Positions 17,917-27,412 of a DNA stretch of 64,000 bases are shown here, in pieces. A program made the position numbers and the translations under genes. The first letter of the stretch is position 1. Each line of letters begins with the position of its first letter. The notes under the pieces are model-generated. The model did no database searches. It saw nothing but the letters and a program-made list of their open reading frames with translations, and was not told the origin of the DNA. The DNA is from an uncultured Chloroflexia bacterium. GTDB taxonomy: Bacteria; Chloroflexota; Limnocylindria; Limnocylindrales; CSP1-4. The stretch spans positions 256,001-320,000 of the forward strand of contig CAVRGP010000015.1 of the NCBI GenBank assembly GCA_963720755.1. The letters are read 5' to 3'.

Positions 17917-18720
17917 TCAGCCCACCCGCTTGAGCTTGCCGGTCCGCTTGGCGTAGTGCTCGGCACGGCCGAACGCCCACAGCCCGAACGGGATGAACAC
18001 GACGCCCATGACGATGAGTGGCCAGACGAGCGAGGTCAGGTCACTCACGGGCGTTCCGTCGATGAGTCCGGCTCGGACGCCCTCCAGGACGTAGGTCGCC
18101 GGCGACAGTCGCGACAGGACCTGCATCCACGGCGGCAGGATGTCGACGGAGTAGTACACGCCGCTGACGAGCAGCAGGACCGACTGCAGGACGAACGTCA
18201 TCTGCGCGCCACGCTCGACGTACAGCAGGGGCAGGATCGCGGCGATCATGCCGATGCCGACGAAGCTGAACGAGCCCAGGATCATGAACGCGACGACCGT
18301 CCCCGGGTTCGCCTGGCTCAGGTCGAGCTGCGGGAAGAACAGGATCAGGGCGACGAAGATGACCGACGTGTGGACGAGGCCGTAGACCATCGCGTAGGCG
18401 ACCGACCCGAGCAGCTGCGACCAGCGCTGGATCGGCGCCATCATCGTGTATTCGAGGGTGCCCTCCCAGCGTTCGACCGTGATCGTCTCGGCGATCCAGC
18501 TGAACACCACCGACAGGTAGTTCCAGAAGATCGCCCCGATCATCAGCGACAGCAGCAGCGTCTCGTTGCCCTGCGACGCACCGATGAGCGAGATCGAGAG
18601 CGCGCCCGCGACCGAGTAGACCAGGAACGCGAGTTCCCAGCCCCAGTAGCGGCGAGTCAGATTGAAGTTGCGCTCGATGAAGGCGTACGAGGCCTTCAAC
18701 TCATGGGTCACGACGGTCAT
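17917..18720 (-). CDS. ABC-2 type exporter permease
   Basis: About six hydrophobic segments; ERWEGTLE; SGVYYSVDILPPWMQ..SP.TY. Confidence 0.9.
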   Translation of the reverse strand: MTVVTHELKASYAFIERNFNLTRRYWGWELAFLVYSVAGALSISLIGASQGNETLLLSLMIGAIFWNYLSVVFSWIAETITVERWEGTLEYTMMAPIQRWSQLLGSVAYAMVYGLVHTSVIFVALILFFPQLDLSQANPGTVVAFMILGSFSFVGIGMIAAILPLLYVERGAQMTFVLQSVLLLVSGVYYSVDILPPWMQVLSRLSPATYVLEGVRAGLIDGTPVSDLTSLVWPLIVMGVVFIPFGLWAFGRAEHYAKRTGKLKRVG

Positions 18721-18756
18721 CGGGATGATCTCCAGGGTGGTGGAGCCGGTCCGGCC

Positions 18757-18948
18757 CTAGCGGGACCGGACCGGCTCGAGTGCGGGCTCCGCGGCGAGCC
18801 GGGCACCGAATGCGATGATCCGGTGGCCGACCGCCTTGCGGATGGATGGGGATGGCTGACGGACGCGGCGCAGGAGAGCGGCATGGGCGATCTCGCGCTC
18901 GATCCGCTCCCTGGCCAGCTGGCCGTGCAGTTCCGGGGAAAAGTTCAT
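18757..18948 (-). CDS. Small basic hypothetical protein (63 aa)
   Basis: Long SD AAGGAGGTGA before ATG 18948; fills the gap between ATPase and permease on the same strand. Confidence 0.7.
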   Translation of the reverse strand: MNFSPELHGQLARERIEREIAHAALLRRVRQPSPSIRKAVGHRIIAFGARLAAEPALEPVRSR

Positions 18949-18963
18949 GGGTATCACCTCCTT

Positions 18964-19863
18964 TCAGTCGGTCTCGGCGTCGTCGTCCTCGATGTCGTCA
19001 TCGAGTGATCGGCCGGTATAGGTCATGAACACGTCTTCCAGCGTCGCGGGACCCGTCACGCGATCGCGGATGAGGGATTTGAGGCCGGACGGTGTGTCCT
19101 CGGCCACGACTCGAGCGTCGTCGATGATCGTGATCCGGCCACACAGCCGTTCGGCTTCGGCAAGGTCGTGGGTCGTCAGGACGATGGTCGCGTCGTGGGT
19201 CTGACTGAGCTCCTCGATGAACGACTGGACGTCCAGCTTGGAGCGCGGATCGAGACCCGTGGTCGGCTCGTCCAGGAGCAGCAGCGTCGGGCTGGTCAGC
19301 AAAGCTCGCGCGATGGCGACCTTCTGCTGCATCCCCCGGCTCATCTGCTCGATCGGTCGGTCGATCCGCTTCTCCGAGATGCCCAGTCGAGCCAGGATCC
19401 CGATCGCCTCGCGTTTCGCCCTCGGACCATCCAGGCCATACAGGCGGGCTGCGAAGAGAAGGTTCTCCATCGGGCTGAGCTTCTTGAAGAAGGCAGCGTC
19501 CACGCTGACCCGATTGATCAGGCGCTTGACCGCCATCTCATCGCGCACGATGTCGTGGCCGAAGACCTCGATCCGACCCTCGTCGAGGGTCAGCAGGCCG
19601 CAGATCAACCGGATAAGCGTCGACTTGCCGGAGCCATTGGCGCCCAGGACCCCATGGATGTCGCCGCGCTCGAGGCGCATCGACACGTGCGAGATCGCGG
19701 TCACCGGTGGCTTCTTCCGACCCACGACGAACCGCTTGCTGACATCCTCGACGAGGAGTGCCGGCACGGCCGACGGCGCGGGTGCCGGCGGCTCGACCAC
19801 GACCGACATCGACGGCCGGTCGGCCGGGTCGTTCTTCAGTTCGGGGCTCAACAGAGCGGTCAC
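18964..19863 (-). CDS. ABC exporter ATP-binding protein (DrrA-like)
   Basis: GANGSGKST, MSRGMQQK, LLLDEPTTGLD, TTHD, TLEDVF; GTG start after GGAG (start uncertain). Confidence 0.92.
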   Translation of the reverse strand: MTALLSPELKNDPADRPSMSVVVEPPAPAPSAVPALLVEDVSKRFVVGRKKPPVTAISHVSMRLERGDIHGVLGANGSGKSTLIRLICGLLTLDEGRIEVFGHDIVRDEMAVKRLINRVSVDAAFFKKLSPMENLLFAARLYGLDGPRAKREAIGILARLGISEKRIDRPIEQMSRGMQQKVAIARALLTSPTLLLLDEPTTGLDPRSKLDVQSFIEELSQTHDATIVLTTHDLAEAERLCGRITIIDDARVVAEDTPSGLKSLIRDRVTGPATLEDVFMTYTGRSLDDDIEDDDAETD

Positions 19864-19990
19864 GATGGTCTCCAGGGTTGACGGTGCAGATGGGCTGACA
19901 TGACAAGAGCCGCGGGTCCTCTCCGACCTGTTCGTCGGCGGGCCTCGCGGCTCTGGTGGCTCGGCTGCCGGCGGGGCAGTGCGAGACATC

Positions 19991-20023
19991 AAAAAAGCCG
20001 GGGGCCCGATCTGGCCCACGGCT
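19991..20023 (-). terminator. Intrinsic terminator within the 5' leader (attenuator)
   Basis: Minus strand AGCCG-T-GGGCC-AGATCG-GGCCC-C-CGGCT-TTTTT, lying between the uORF and the ABC gene. Confidence 0.8.
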
Positions 20024-20059
20024 CGTGGTTCGTCCGGTTGGCGGTCCTGCCGCCTGCGG

Positions 20060-20143
20060 CTAACTCGAGTGGGGCACAGATCTCCCGCGTGCGCGACCCG
20101 TGATGGGCGCAACGCATCGGGTAAGAAGGAACGGTGTCGTCAT
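20060..20143 (-). CDS. Putative leader peptide (27 aa, MTTPFLLTRCVAPITGRARGRSVPHSS)
   Basis: GAAGGAGG SD 8 nt before ATG; lies between a consensus promoter and the terminator. Confidence 0.6.
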   Translation of the reverse strand: MTTPFLLTRCVAPITGRARGRSVPHSS

Positions 20144-20198
20144 TCGAGCCGCCTCCTTCATCGCCTGATCCATGCCCGCGACGTGCGAGCCGGTCGGC

Positions 20199-20228
20199 AG
20201 TCTAGCCGGGCTCGGGAGTCGCTGTCAA
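20199..20228 (-). promoter_or_regulatory. Sigma70 promoter for the leader-ABC operon
   Basis: TTGACA (20228-20223), 18 bp, TAGACT (20204-20199), overlapping the end of the upstream GNAT gene. Confidence 0.7.
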
Positions 20229-20798
20229 TCCCAGCCGGACGATCGGTCGGATCGGGCTGGTCGCGTTCCACTGGCGCCGTTCGACGACGGTGAATCCGGC
20301 CCGCTCGAACATCGCCAGCGTGCCGTGATAGGCGTTCGCGCCGGGGACACGGCCGCCGGCAGTGTCGATCGGATACGCCTCGAGGGTCATGGCGCCGTGC
20401 GACGTCGCGAATTCGATCGCCGCGGCCAGGAGCGCGGTGGCGACGCCCTGCCCTCGCGACCGGCGCGATACGACGAAGCACACGATCGACCAGACGGGCA
20501 CGTCGTCGAGCGGGGCGAGCAGTTTCGAATGGGCCAAGCGCTCGTAATCCTCGCGAGGCGCGAGGCTGACCCAGCCGACCGCGCGTCCATCGTCGTAGGC
20601 GACGAGCCCGGGCGCGGGTTGACGGTTGGTGAGGTCCTCGAGTGCCGCGCGGTTCCCGGCGGGGGTCGAATTCGTCCAGTCCCGGCCCCGGAACCGGAAG
20701 TAGGTGCACCAGCACCACTTGGGATCGCCGCCTTGCTCGAACACGCCGGCAAGGTCCGCGAATCGATCAGGCGTGAGCGGTCGGACGTCGAGTGCCAT
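20202..20798 (-). CDS. GNAT family N-acetyltransferase
   Basis: WCWCTYFR, AVGWVSLAPR, CFVVSRRSRGQGVATALL, LEAYP, AGF. Confidence 0.88.
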   Translation of the reverse strand: MALDVRPLTPDRFADLAGVFEQGGDPKWCWCTYFRFRGRDWTNSTPAGNRAALEDLTNRQPAPGLVAYDDGRAVGWVSLAPREDYERLAHSKLLAPLDDVPVWSIVCFVVSRRSRGQGVATALLAAAIEFATSHGAMTLEAYPIDTAGGRVPGANAYHGTLAMFERAGFTVVERRQWNATSPIRPIVRLGLTATPEPG

Positions 20799-20869
20799 GA
20801 CCTGTCCAGTCTCGCCCAACTCCCGGGGCGACGTTTGACCCTGGATCGCGCCACCCCTACGCTCCGAAC

Positions 20870-21724
20870 GTGGCTTCTGAGGCGCGCTCGATCGTCGGGC
20901 TCATCGGCGAGGGGACGCTCGACGGAGAACTGGCGTCGCAGCTCTGGTTGTTGATCGAGGGCCGGGTCCCGATCATCGTCGCCTCCGACGACGATCCGAC
21001 TGAAGCATCGATGGTCCTGACCGCGCTCCTGGACTTCCTGCCTCCGACGGTGTCGGTCGTCGAGCTTGCCGGGTCGACCGAGTCGTTCTCGTGGCTGCCG
21101 CAGGCGTCGGAACTCGGGTGGCCCGGCACCGTGGATCTCAAGGCGGACGCCGACCCGGTCAGGCCGGATCGGACCGTGCTCCTGGCAGCGGGCCTGGCGG
21201 ATCGCGGGAAGCGCAGCACCCCGGGCCCGGTCGCCAGGATCGCCGTTCGGGCAGCATCGATCGGCTACGGTCTGGCCGCCACGATGCGAGCCGGTTCGCT
21301 CGAGGCCGTGTTCACCGCGCTCCGGCAGGCACCGGTGGGTCTGTCTGATGACGAGTGTTCGCACCTGGGTGTGGTCCTCATCGTGCAGCGCGTGGACGAT
21401 GGATCCCGCCGCGTCACGGCCGCGCATTTCGTCCGCCCGATGGCCCGGGACGTGCACGGTCACGTGCAGCGGCTGGGGCCGGCCGTCATCGCGACCTGGG
21501 ACCCGGGGTCTGCCGCGTTCGCGCACTTCGGGTGGGGGGTGACGCCCGAATTCGCCCGTCGGGTCGGTCGTCACGCAGGTGACTTCGAGGTCGAGGTGGA
21601 GCGTCGCCGCGACTACCTCGAGCGACTGGTGGCGGGTGATGTCGGCGACTCCGACGGAGTGCGCCGAGCCATCCGCGGCTATCGGCCGGCGGCGGCGTTT
21701 GACGCTCCGCGGATGGACGCTTAG
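20870..21724 (+). CDS. Hypothetical protein resembling the C-terminal part of CpaF/VirB11-type ATPases, with Walker A lost
   Basis: LI.EGTLD.ELA..LWLLIE.RVPIIVA...LTALLDFLP and GYGLAATMRAGS; TTGACC-17-TACGCT-6-GTG promoter. Confidence 0.55.
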   Translation: MASEARSIVGLIGEGTLDGELASQLWLLIEGRVPIIVASDDDPTEASMVLTALLDFLPPTVSVVELAGSTESFSWLPQASELGWPGTVDLKADADPVRPDRTVLLAAGLADRGKRSTPGPVARIAVRAASIGYGLAATMRAGSLEAVFTALRQAPVGLSDDECSHLGVVLIVQRVDDGSRRVTAAHFVRPMARDVHGHVQRLGPAVIATWDPGSAAFAHFGWGVTPEFARRVGRHAGDFEVEVERRRDYLERLVAGDVGDSDGVRRAIRGYRPAAAFDAPRMDA

Positions 21725-21763
21725 GCTCGCCCTCCGAGCCCTGCCACCGCACGGGAGCACGCC

Positions 21764-23206
21764 GTGGATCCCATCGAACCGACCGATCCCCAGCCAGCGA
21801 CGCTCGGTGCCCTCAAGGCCTCAGGCTGGCGCTCTCGATCGGTCAAGGATGAACTCCGGAGCAATCTCCTCGGATTGCTCGGGTCGGGCGAACCGATCTT
21901 TTCCGGCGTCGTGGGCTATGAGGATACGGTCGTCCCGGCGATCGAGAACGCGATCCTGGCCGGCCACGACCTGGTCTTCCTCGGCGAGCGGGGCCAGGCC
22001 AAGACGCGGTTGGCCCGGACCCTCGTCGGCCTGCTCGATCCGTGGCTCCCGGTCGTGCACGGTGGCGAGCTCAACGATGACCCTCTCGCGCCGATCAGTC
22101 CGGCCGCCCGCTCGATCGTGGACCGCGACGGCGACGCGACCGAGATCGCGTGGCTGCCTCGCGACCGGCGCTACGCGGAGAAGCTGGCGACGCCGGACAT
22201 CACGATCGCCGACCTGATCGGCGAGGTCGACCCGATCAAGGTCGCCGAGGGCCGCTACCTGTCGGACGAATTGACCCTCCATTACGGGCTCATCCCCAGG
22301 GCCAACCGAGGGATCGTCGCGATCAACGAGTTGCCCGACCTCGCCGAGCGGATCCAGGTCGGGCTGTTGAATATCCTCGAGGAGCGCGACGTCCAGATCC
22401 GTGGCTTCGTCGTCCGTCTGCCACTCGACCTGTACATGGTGGCATCGGCGAACCCCGAGGACTACACCTCTCGCGGCCGGATCATCACCCCGCTCAAGGA
22501 TCGCCTCGGCTCGCAGATCCGGACCCACTATCCACGGTCGCTCGAGCATGAGATGGCGATCGTGCGCCAGGAGAAGCAGCGGTTCGAGGCGGCCGATGGC
22601 GTACCGGTCGTCGTGGTCCCGGCGTTCATGGAGGAGCTTGTCGCCGAGTTGACCCACCTTGCCCGGCGCTCACCCGAGATCAGTCAGCGGTCGGGCGTGA
22701 GCGTCAGGGTGTCGGTCGCCAACGCCGAAGTCCTGGAGGCGACGGCGCTCAAGCGGGCGGTCCGGCTCGGCGAATCGGTCGGGTCCCCCCGGGTCTCGGA
22801 TCTCGGAGCGGTCGTCGCTTCCACCGTCGGCAAGGTCGAGCTCGAAACGGCCGGGGACGATGCGCCGGAGGAGCGGGTCGTCGAGCGGCTCATCACCCGC
22901 GCCCTCCATGCCACGTTCAACCGTCACGTCCAGCTCGACGACCTCGACGGCGTCGTGGAGGCGTTCGAGGACGGGTTCACCGTCGAGACCGGCGAACGGA
23001 TCCCGTCGCGCGAGTATGTCGCGTGGATGCGCGAGGTCCCTGGTCTATCGATGGCAGTCGATCGCCTCGGGGCGCTCGACGTCACCGATGGCGCCGAGGA
23101 GCCCGCGGTCGTCGCCTCCGCGGTCGAGTTCCTCCTCGAGGGCCTCCATCTCGCGAGGCGCCTGAACAAGGACCGGGTCCCCGGCGGGACGGTCTACCAC
23201 CGGTGA
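21764..23206 (+). CDS. AAA+ ATPase, Mg-chelatase/MoxR-like (Rv0958-like)
   Basis: GERGQAKT, INELPDLAERIQVGLLN, NPEDYTSRGRIITPLKDR. Confidence 0.88.
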   Translation: MDPIEPTDPQPATLGALKASGWRSRSVKDELRSNLLGLLGSGEPIFSGVVGYEDTVVPAIENAILAGHDLVFLGERGQAKTRLARTLVGLLDPWLPVVHGGELNDDPLAPISPAARSIVDRDGDATEIAWLPRDRRYAEKLATPDITIADLIGEVDPIKVAEGRYLSDELTLHYGLIPRANRGIVAINELPDLAERIQVGLLNILEERDVQIRGFVVRLPLDLYMVASANPEDYTSRGRIITPLKDRLGSQIRTHYPRSLEHEMAIVRQEKQRFEAADGVPVVVVPAFMEELVAELTHLARRSPEISQRSGVSVRVSVANAEVLEATALKRAVRLGESVGSPRVSDLGAVVASTVGKVELETAGDDAPEERVVERLITRALHATFNRHVQLDDLDGVVEAFEDGFTVETGERIPSREYVAWMREVPGLSMAVDRLGALDVTDGAEEPAVVASAVEFLLEGLHLARRLNKDRVPGGTVYHR

Positions 23207-25374
23207 CGGCCTACAGCCCGGACCCCGGCGATATCGGACCGGAGACGGTCGGGTCCGGATCCGAGGCAGGGCCGCCCGACGACGGCCGGGGCGGGACGGG
23301 ATCGGCAGCCGGTGCGCTAGCACGGTCGGCTCGCTACACCGCCTGGGACGGCAGCCAGCGGGTGGCCGACCTCGAGGCCGACGAACTGGTCGATGCCCTC
23401 GCCGACGACATGATGGCAGAGGGCGATCTCGCCGAAGCCCTGCGCCGGCTTCTGGAACGCGGGTGGCGCACGGGCGATCCGACCCGTGGCGACCTGCCCG
23501 GTCTTCGCGACCTGATGGACCGACTCGAACGCCGTCGCGAGGAGATCCTCGAACGCTACGGGTTGGGCGATGCGCTGGGCGACATCCGACAGGAGCTGGA
23601 CGAGATCGTCGACCTGGAGAGAACCGGGGTCGAACGCCGGCTCGACGACGCTGCGACACCGGACGCGAACGCAGGATCGGATGCGGCGATCGCGCAGGAC
23701 GCGGAGCTCCGGTCGATGCTTCGGGGAGCGGCCGCCCGGCGGCTCGACCAGCTCGACACGTTGCCGCCCGACATCGGCGATCGGATCCGTGGTCTCCAGG
23801 ACTACGACTTCCTCGAGCCAGCGGCGCGTGAGCGCTTCGATGCCCTGGTCAAGCGCTTGCAGGGCCAGGTCCTCGATCAGTTCGTGGCCGGCATGTCGGA
23901 CGCCATCCATTCGATGCGGCCGGAGGACCTCACCGCGAATCGGGAGATGGTCCGGGACCTCAACGCCCTCATCCGCGAACGGATCGGGGGCGGGGACCCG
24001 GATGCCACCGAGTTCCTGGCCAAGCACGGCCGGTTCTTCCCGGGAGCACGCACGTTCGACGACGTGATCGACCAGCTGGCCCGACGTATGGCCGCGATGC
24101 AGTCGCTGCTTCGATCGATGTCGCCCGAACAGCGCGCCGAACTCCAGTCGATGACGGACGCGCTCCTCCGCGACGACCGGCTGCTGGTGGACCTTGCCGA
24201 ACTCGCCTCGAACCTTGACCTCCTCGTCCCGGGCGGCCTTGGCGACCGGGTCCCCTTTGCCGGCGAGGAACCGCTGGGGTTCGGCGGAGCTCTGGCCGAG
24301 ATCGGCCGGCTGGAGGCGATGGATCGCCTGGGCGACGCTCTGTCCGACATCGGGTCACCGGCCGACCTGGCCGCCATCGACCGGGCCGAGGTGCGTGACC
24401 TGCTGGGCGAGGACGGGCTGCGCGATCTCGATGCGCTCGACGACATCGCCCGTCGCCTTGAGGCGGCCGGATACCTGACCAGGGACGGTACCCACCTCGA
24501 GTTGACGCCGCGCGGCAGCCGACGGATCGGCCAGAAGGTGCTCGACGACCTGTTCGCGCGGCTTCAGCGCGACGCGTTCGGTGGGCACCGGCTCGATCGG
24601 GCGGGGCGGGGAGGGGAGCGCACCGAGGCGACCAAGCCGTATGAGTTCGGGGACCCGTTCCACCTGGACCTGCGCGGGACGATGTTCAATGCCCTGGGCC
24701 GCGAGGAGAACGCACCGGCGGCCCGGGCCGCTGCCGGCCGGCAGCGGATCCAGCTGCGGCCGGCGGACTTCGAGGTGTTGCAGACGGAGCAGCTGACCCG
24801 TACCTCCACCGTGCTGCTGGTCGACATGAGCCGGTCGATGCTTCTTCGCGGCTGCTTCCTGGCAGCCAAGAAGGTGGCGGTCGCACTCGACACCTTGATC
24901 CGGACCCAGTACCCGAGCGACCAGCTGACCGTCATCGGCTTCGCCTACTACGCCCGCGAGATCCGACCCGGGGCCCTCGCCGAGCTCACCTGGCACGGCT
25001 ACGAATACGGCACGAACCTCCAGCACGGGCTGCTCCTCGCCCGCCGGATCCTCGAGCGGACGCCGGCCGCGAACAAGGAGATCGTCGTCATCACGGATGG
25101 CGAGCCGACCGCTCATTTCGAGGACGGCCAGGTGGAATTCAACTATCCACCGACTCGGCGGACGATCCAGGAGACGCTCCGGGAGGTCATCCGCTGCACG
25201 CGGTCGGGCATCACCATCAACACGTTCATGCTCGAGCGTTCGCCGGCTCTTGCCGACTTCGTCGCCTACATGACGAAGCTGAATCGGGGACGGGCGTTCT
25301 ACGCGACCCCGGAACGCCTCGGCGAGTACATCCTGGTCGACTTCGTCAACCGTCGTACGAAGCGAGTCTCGTAG
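23203..25374 (+). CDS. VWA domain protein (Rv0959-like), partner of the AAA+ ATPase
   Basis: GTGA overlap; MIDAS DMSRSM, GTNLQHGL, ITDGEPT. Confidence 0.88.
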   Translation: MTAYSPDPGDIGPETVGSGSEAGPPDDGRGGTGSAAGALARSARYTAWDGSQRVADLEADELVDALADDMMAEGDLAEALRRLLERGWRTGDPTRGDLPGLRDLMDRLERRREEILERYGLGDALGDIRQELDEIVDLERTGVERRLDDAATPDANAGSDAAIAQDAELRSMLRGAAARRLDQLDTLPPDIGDRIRGLQDYDFLEPAARERFDALVKRLQGQVLDQFVAGMSDAIHSMRPEDLTANREMVRDLNALIRERIGGGDPDATEFLAKHGRFFPGARTFDDVIDQLARRMAAMQSLLRSMSPEQRAELQSMTDALLRDDRLLVDLAELASNLDLLVPGGLGDRVPFAGEEPLGFGGALAEIGRLEAMDRLGDALSDIGSPADLAAIDRAEVRDLLGEDGLRDLDALDDIARRLEAAGYLTRDGTHLELTPRGSRRIGQKVLDDLFARLQRDAFGGHRLDRAGRGGERTEATKPYEFGDPFHLDLRGTMFNALGREENAPAARAAAGRQRIQLRPADFEVLQTEQLTRTSTVLLVDMSRSMLLRGCFLAAKKVAVALDTLIRTQYPSDQLTVIGFAYYAREIRPGALAELTWHGYEYGTNLQHGLLLARRILERTPAANKEIVVITDGEPTAHFEDGQVEFNYPPTRRTIQETLREVIRCTRSGITINTFMLERSPALADFVAYMTKLNRGRAFYATPERLGEYILVDFVNRRTKRVS

Positions 25375-25445
25375 GCCTTATCCTGCGAACGACGAGCTCA
25401 TCGAACGTGGGATGAGCGCATCTCGGACATCAGCGGAGGAATGCC

Positions 25446-25922
25446 TTGGAACTCTCGCAACTGGTCCCGTACCTGCTCTTCCTGCACGTGATGGGGGCGA
25501 TCCTCGCGTTCGGGCCGACGTTCGCGTACTCGATCATGGGGGCGATGGCCGGGCGTGAGCCGCAGCATGCCAATTTCAGCTCGCGCCAGGTGGCCGCGAT
25601 CGGCAACGGCCTGGTCTATCCGCTGGCGATCTTCCAGGGGATCACGGGTGTCCTGCTGATCATCTCCGGCCAGTTCGATGTCAAGAACCTCTGGTTGGGT
25701 CTCGGCATCGTCCTGTATGCGATCGCGTTGACGTACGCCTTGACGGTCCAGCGCAACGCGCTCCACCACCTGATCGAGCTCACCTCGACCCCCCCGGCGC
25801 CAGGCTCGCCGCCGTCGCCCGAGATCCCGGCAACGGTCAAGAAGGTCCAGCGTGGCGGCATGTTCCTCGGCCTGTTGATCGTGGTGATCGTCTTCCTGAT
25901 GGTCGTCAAGCCGACCCTCTGA
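25446..25922 (+). CDS. DUF2269-like integral membrane protein
   Basis: GGAGG SD with TTG start; LFLHVMGAI, four TM segments, C-terminal LMVVKP. Confidence 0.75.
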   Translation: MELSQLVPYLLFLHVMGAILAFGPTFAYSIMGAMAGREPQHANFSSRQVAAIGNGLVYPLAIFQGITGVLLIISGQFDVKNLWLGLGIVLYAIALTYALTVQRNALHHLIELTSTPPAPGSPPSPEIPATVKKVQRGGMFLGLLIVVIVFLMVVKPTL

Positions 25923-25993
25923 TCTCCGGATGGGTCCGGTCGGGCAGCGGTCGCTACCATGATGGCGACACGATCGACAGGAGACCCATCGCG

Positions 25994-27400
25994 ATGCCAC
26001 ACGTTTCGAACTCCACCTCGGATCTGCTCGGGAGCCTCAGCCCGAGCGCCCATCTAGCCGCCGACCGACTCGTCATCGATGACGAGTCGGCGTTTCGGTC
26101 GACGACCATCCGCGACCTGGCCTGGACGGCGGCGTTCGCCAACGACGAAGCCACGATCGCAGGGGCCCAGTGGCTCATCTGGGAAGCGAGCCAGGCTCTG
26201 GGCGCGCGGTCGGCCAGCATCCAGGCCTTGTACGACGCCCGGGCTCGCGGCGAGGTCGGCGGCTTCACCGTCCCGGCGATCAACCTCCGGGCACAGACGT
26301 TCGACATGGCCCGGACCGTCTTCGAGACCGCCGCAGCCGCGGAGGTCGGGGCCGTGATCCTCGAACTCGCCCGGAGCGAGCAGACCTATACGTTCCAGCG
26401 CCCGGTGGACTACGCCACCTCCGTCCTCGCCGGTGCGATCGCCGCGGGCTGGCAAGGCCCCGTCTTCATCCAGGGCGACCATTACCAGTTCAACGCCAAG
26501 AAGTACGCCGCCGACCCCGAGTCGATGACCGAGGAGATCCGGCGCGCCTGCCGGCTGGCCATCGACGCCGGCTACCGGAACATCGATATCGACTCCTCGA
26601 CCCTGGTCGACCTGTCGAAGCCGAACGTCGACGAGGAGCAGCGCGAGAACTACCGGCGGGCCGCCGAATTGACGGCGCTCATCCGGACGCTCGAGGTCGA
26701 CGGTGTCACCGTCAGTGTCGGGGGCGAGATCGGCGAGGTGGGGACCCAGAATTCGACGGTCGCCGAATTGCGAGCCTATCTCGATGGTTACCGCCGGGAG
26801 CTGGACAGCCTGGCCCCGGGTGTTCGGGGTATCTCGAAGGTCAGCGTCCAGACCGGCACGTCCCATGGCGGGATCCCGTTGCCCGGCGGGGGCGTCGCCG
26901 AGGTGAAACTCGACTTCGAGGTCCTGCGTGAGCTCGGCGTAGTCGCCCGCGAGTACGGTCTGGCCGGTGCGGTCCAGCACGGCGCGTCGACCCTTCCGGA
27001 CGAGTTGTTCCACCGGTTCCCGGCCGTCGACACTGCCGAGATCCACCTGGCGACCGGCTTCCAGAACGCGCTCTATGAGCACCCGGCCTTCCCGGAGTCG
27101 CTGCACCGCCAGATCGAGGCGTGGTGCTTCGCCAATGCTGGCGCTGAACGCAAGGTCGACCAGACGGATCAGCAGTTCGTCTACACCACCCGCAAGAAGG
27201 CGATCGGGCCGCTCAAGCGGGAGCTGTGGGACCTCGACACGAAGGATGAGATCCTCGCCTCGCAACGACGCAAGATCGAGTATCTCTTCACGGAGTTGCG
27301 GGTTGACGGTTCTCGATCGATCGTCGACCGGTACGTCGAGCCGGTCGAACTGCACCGGCCCATGCCGGACACCCTGCGCACGCCAGCTGCCGCCGGCTGA
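25994..27400 (+). CDS. Class II fructose-bisphosphate aldolase (long form)
   Basis: VPAIN, QGDH, DIDSS, GGEIGEVG, QTGTSHGG, VQHGASTL. Confidence 0.85.
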   Translation: MPHVSNSTSDLLGSLSPSAHLAADRLVIDDESAFRSTTIRDLAWTAAFANDEATIAGAQWLIWEASQALGARSASIQALYDARARGEVGGFTVPAINLRAQTFDMARTVFETAAAAEVGAVILELARSEQTYTFQRPVDYATSVLAGAIAAGWQGPVFIQGDHYQFNAKKYAADPESMTEEIRRACRLAIDAGYRNIDIDSSTLVDLSKPNVDEEQRENYRRAAELTALIRTLEVDGVTVSVGGEIGEVGTQNSTVAELRAYLDGYRRELDSLAPGVRGISKVSVQTGTSHGGIPLPGGGVAEVKLDFEVLRELGVVAREYGLAGAVQHGASTLPDELFHRFPAVDTAEIHLATGFQNALYEHPAFPESLHRQIEAWCFANAGAERKVDQTDQQFVYTTRKKAIGPLKRELWDLDTKDEILASQRRKIEYLFTELRVDGSRSIVDRYVEPVELHRPMPDTLRTPAAAG

Positions 27401-27412
27401 TCCCGCGCCGGC

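Noticed and set aside
21764-23206. Magnesium chelatase or photosynthesis gene
   Set aside because: No bch or cob genes nearby; the motifs fit the generic AAA+/VWA chaperone family.
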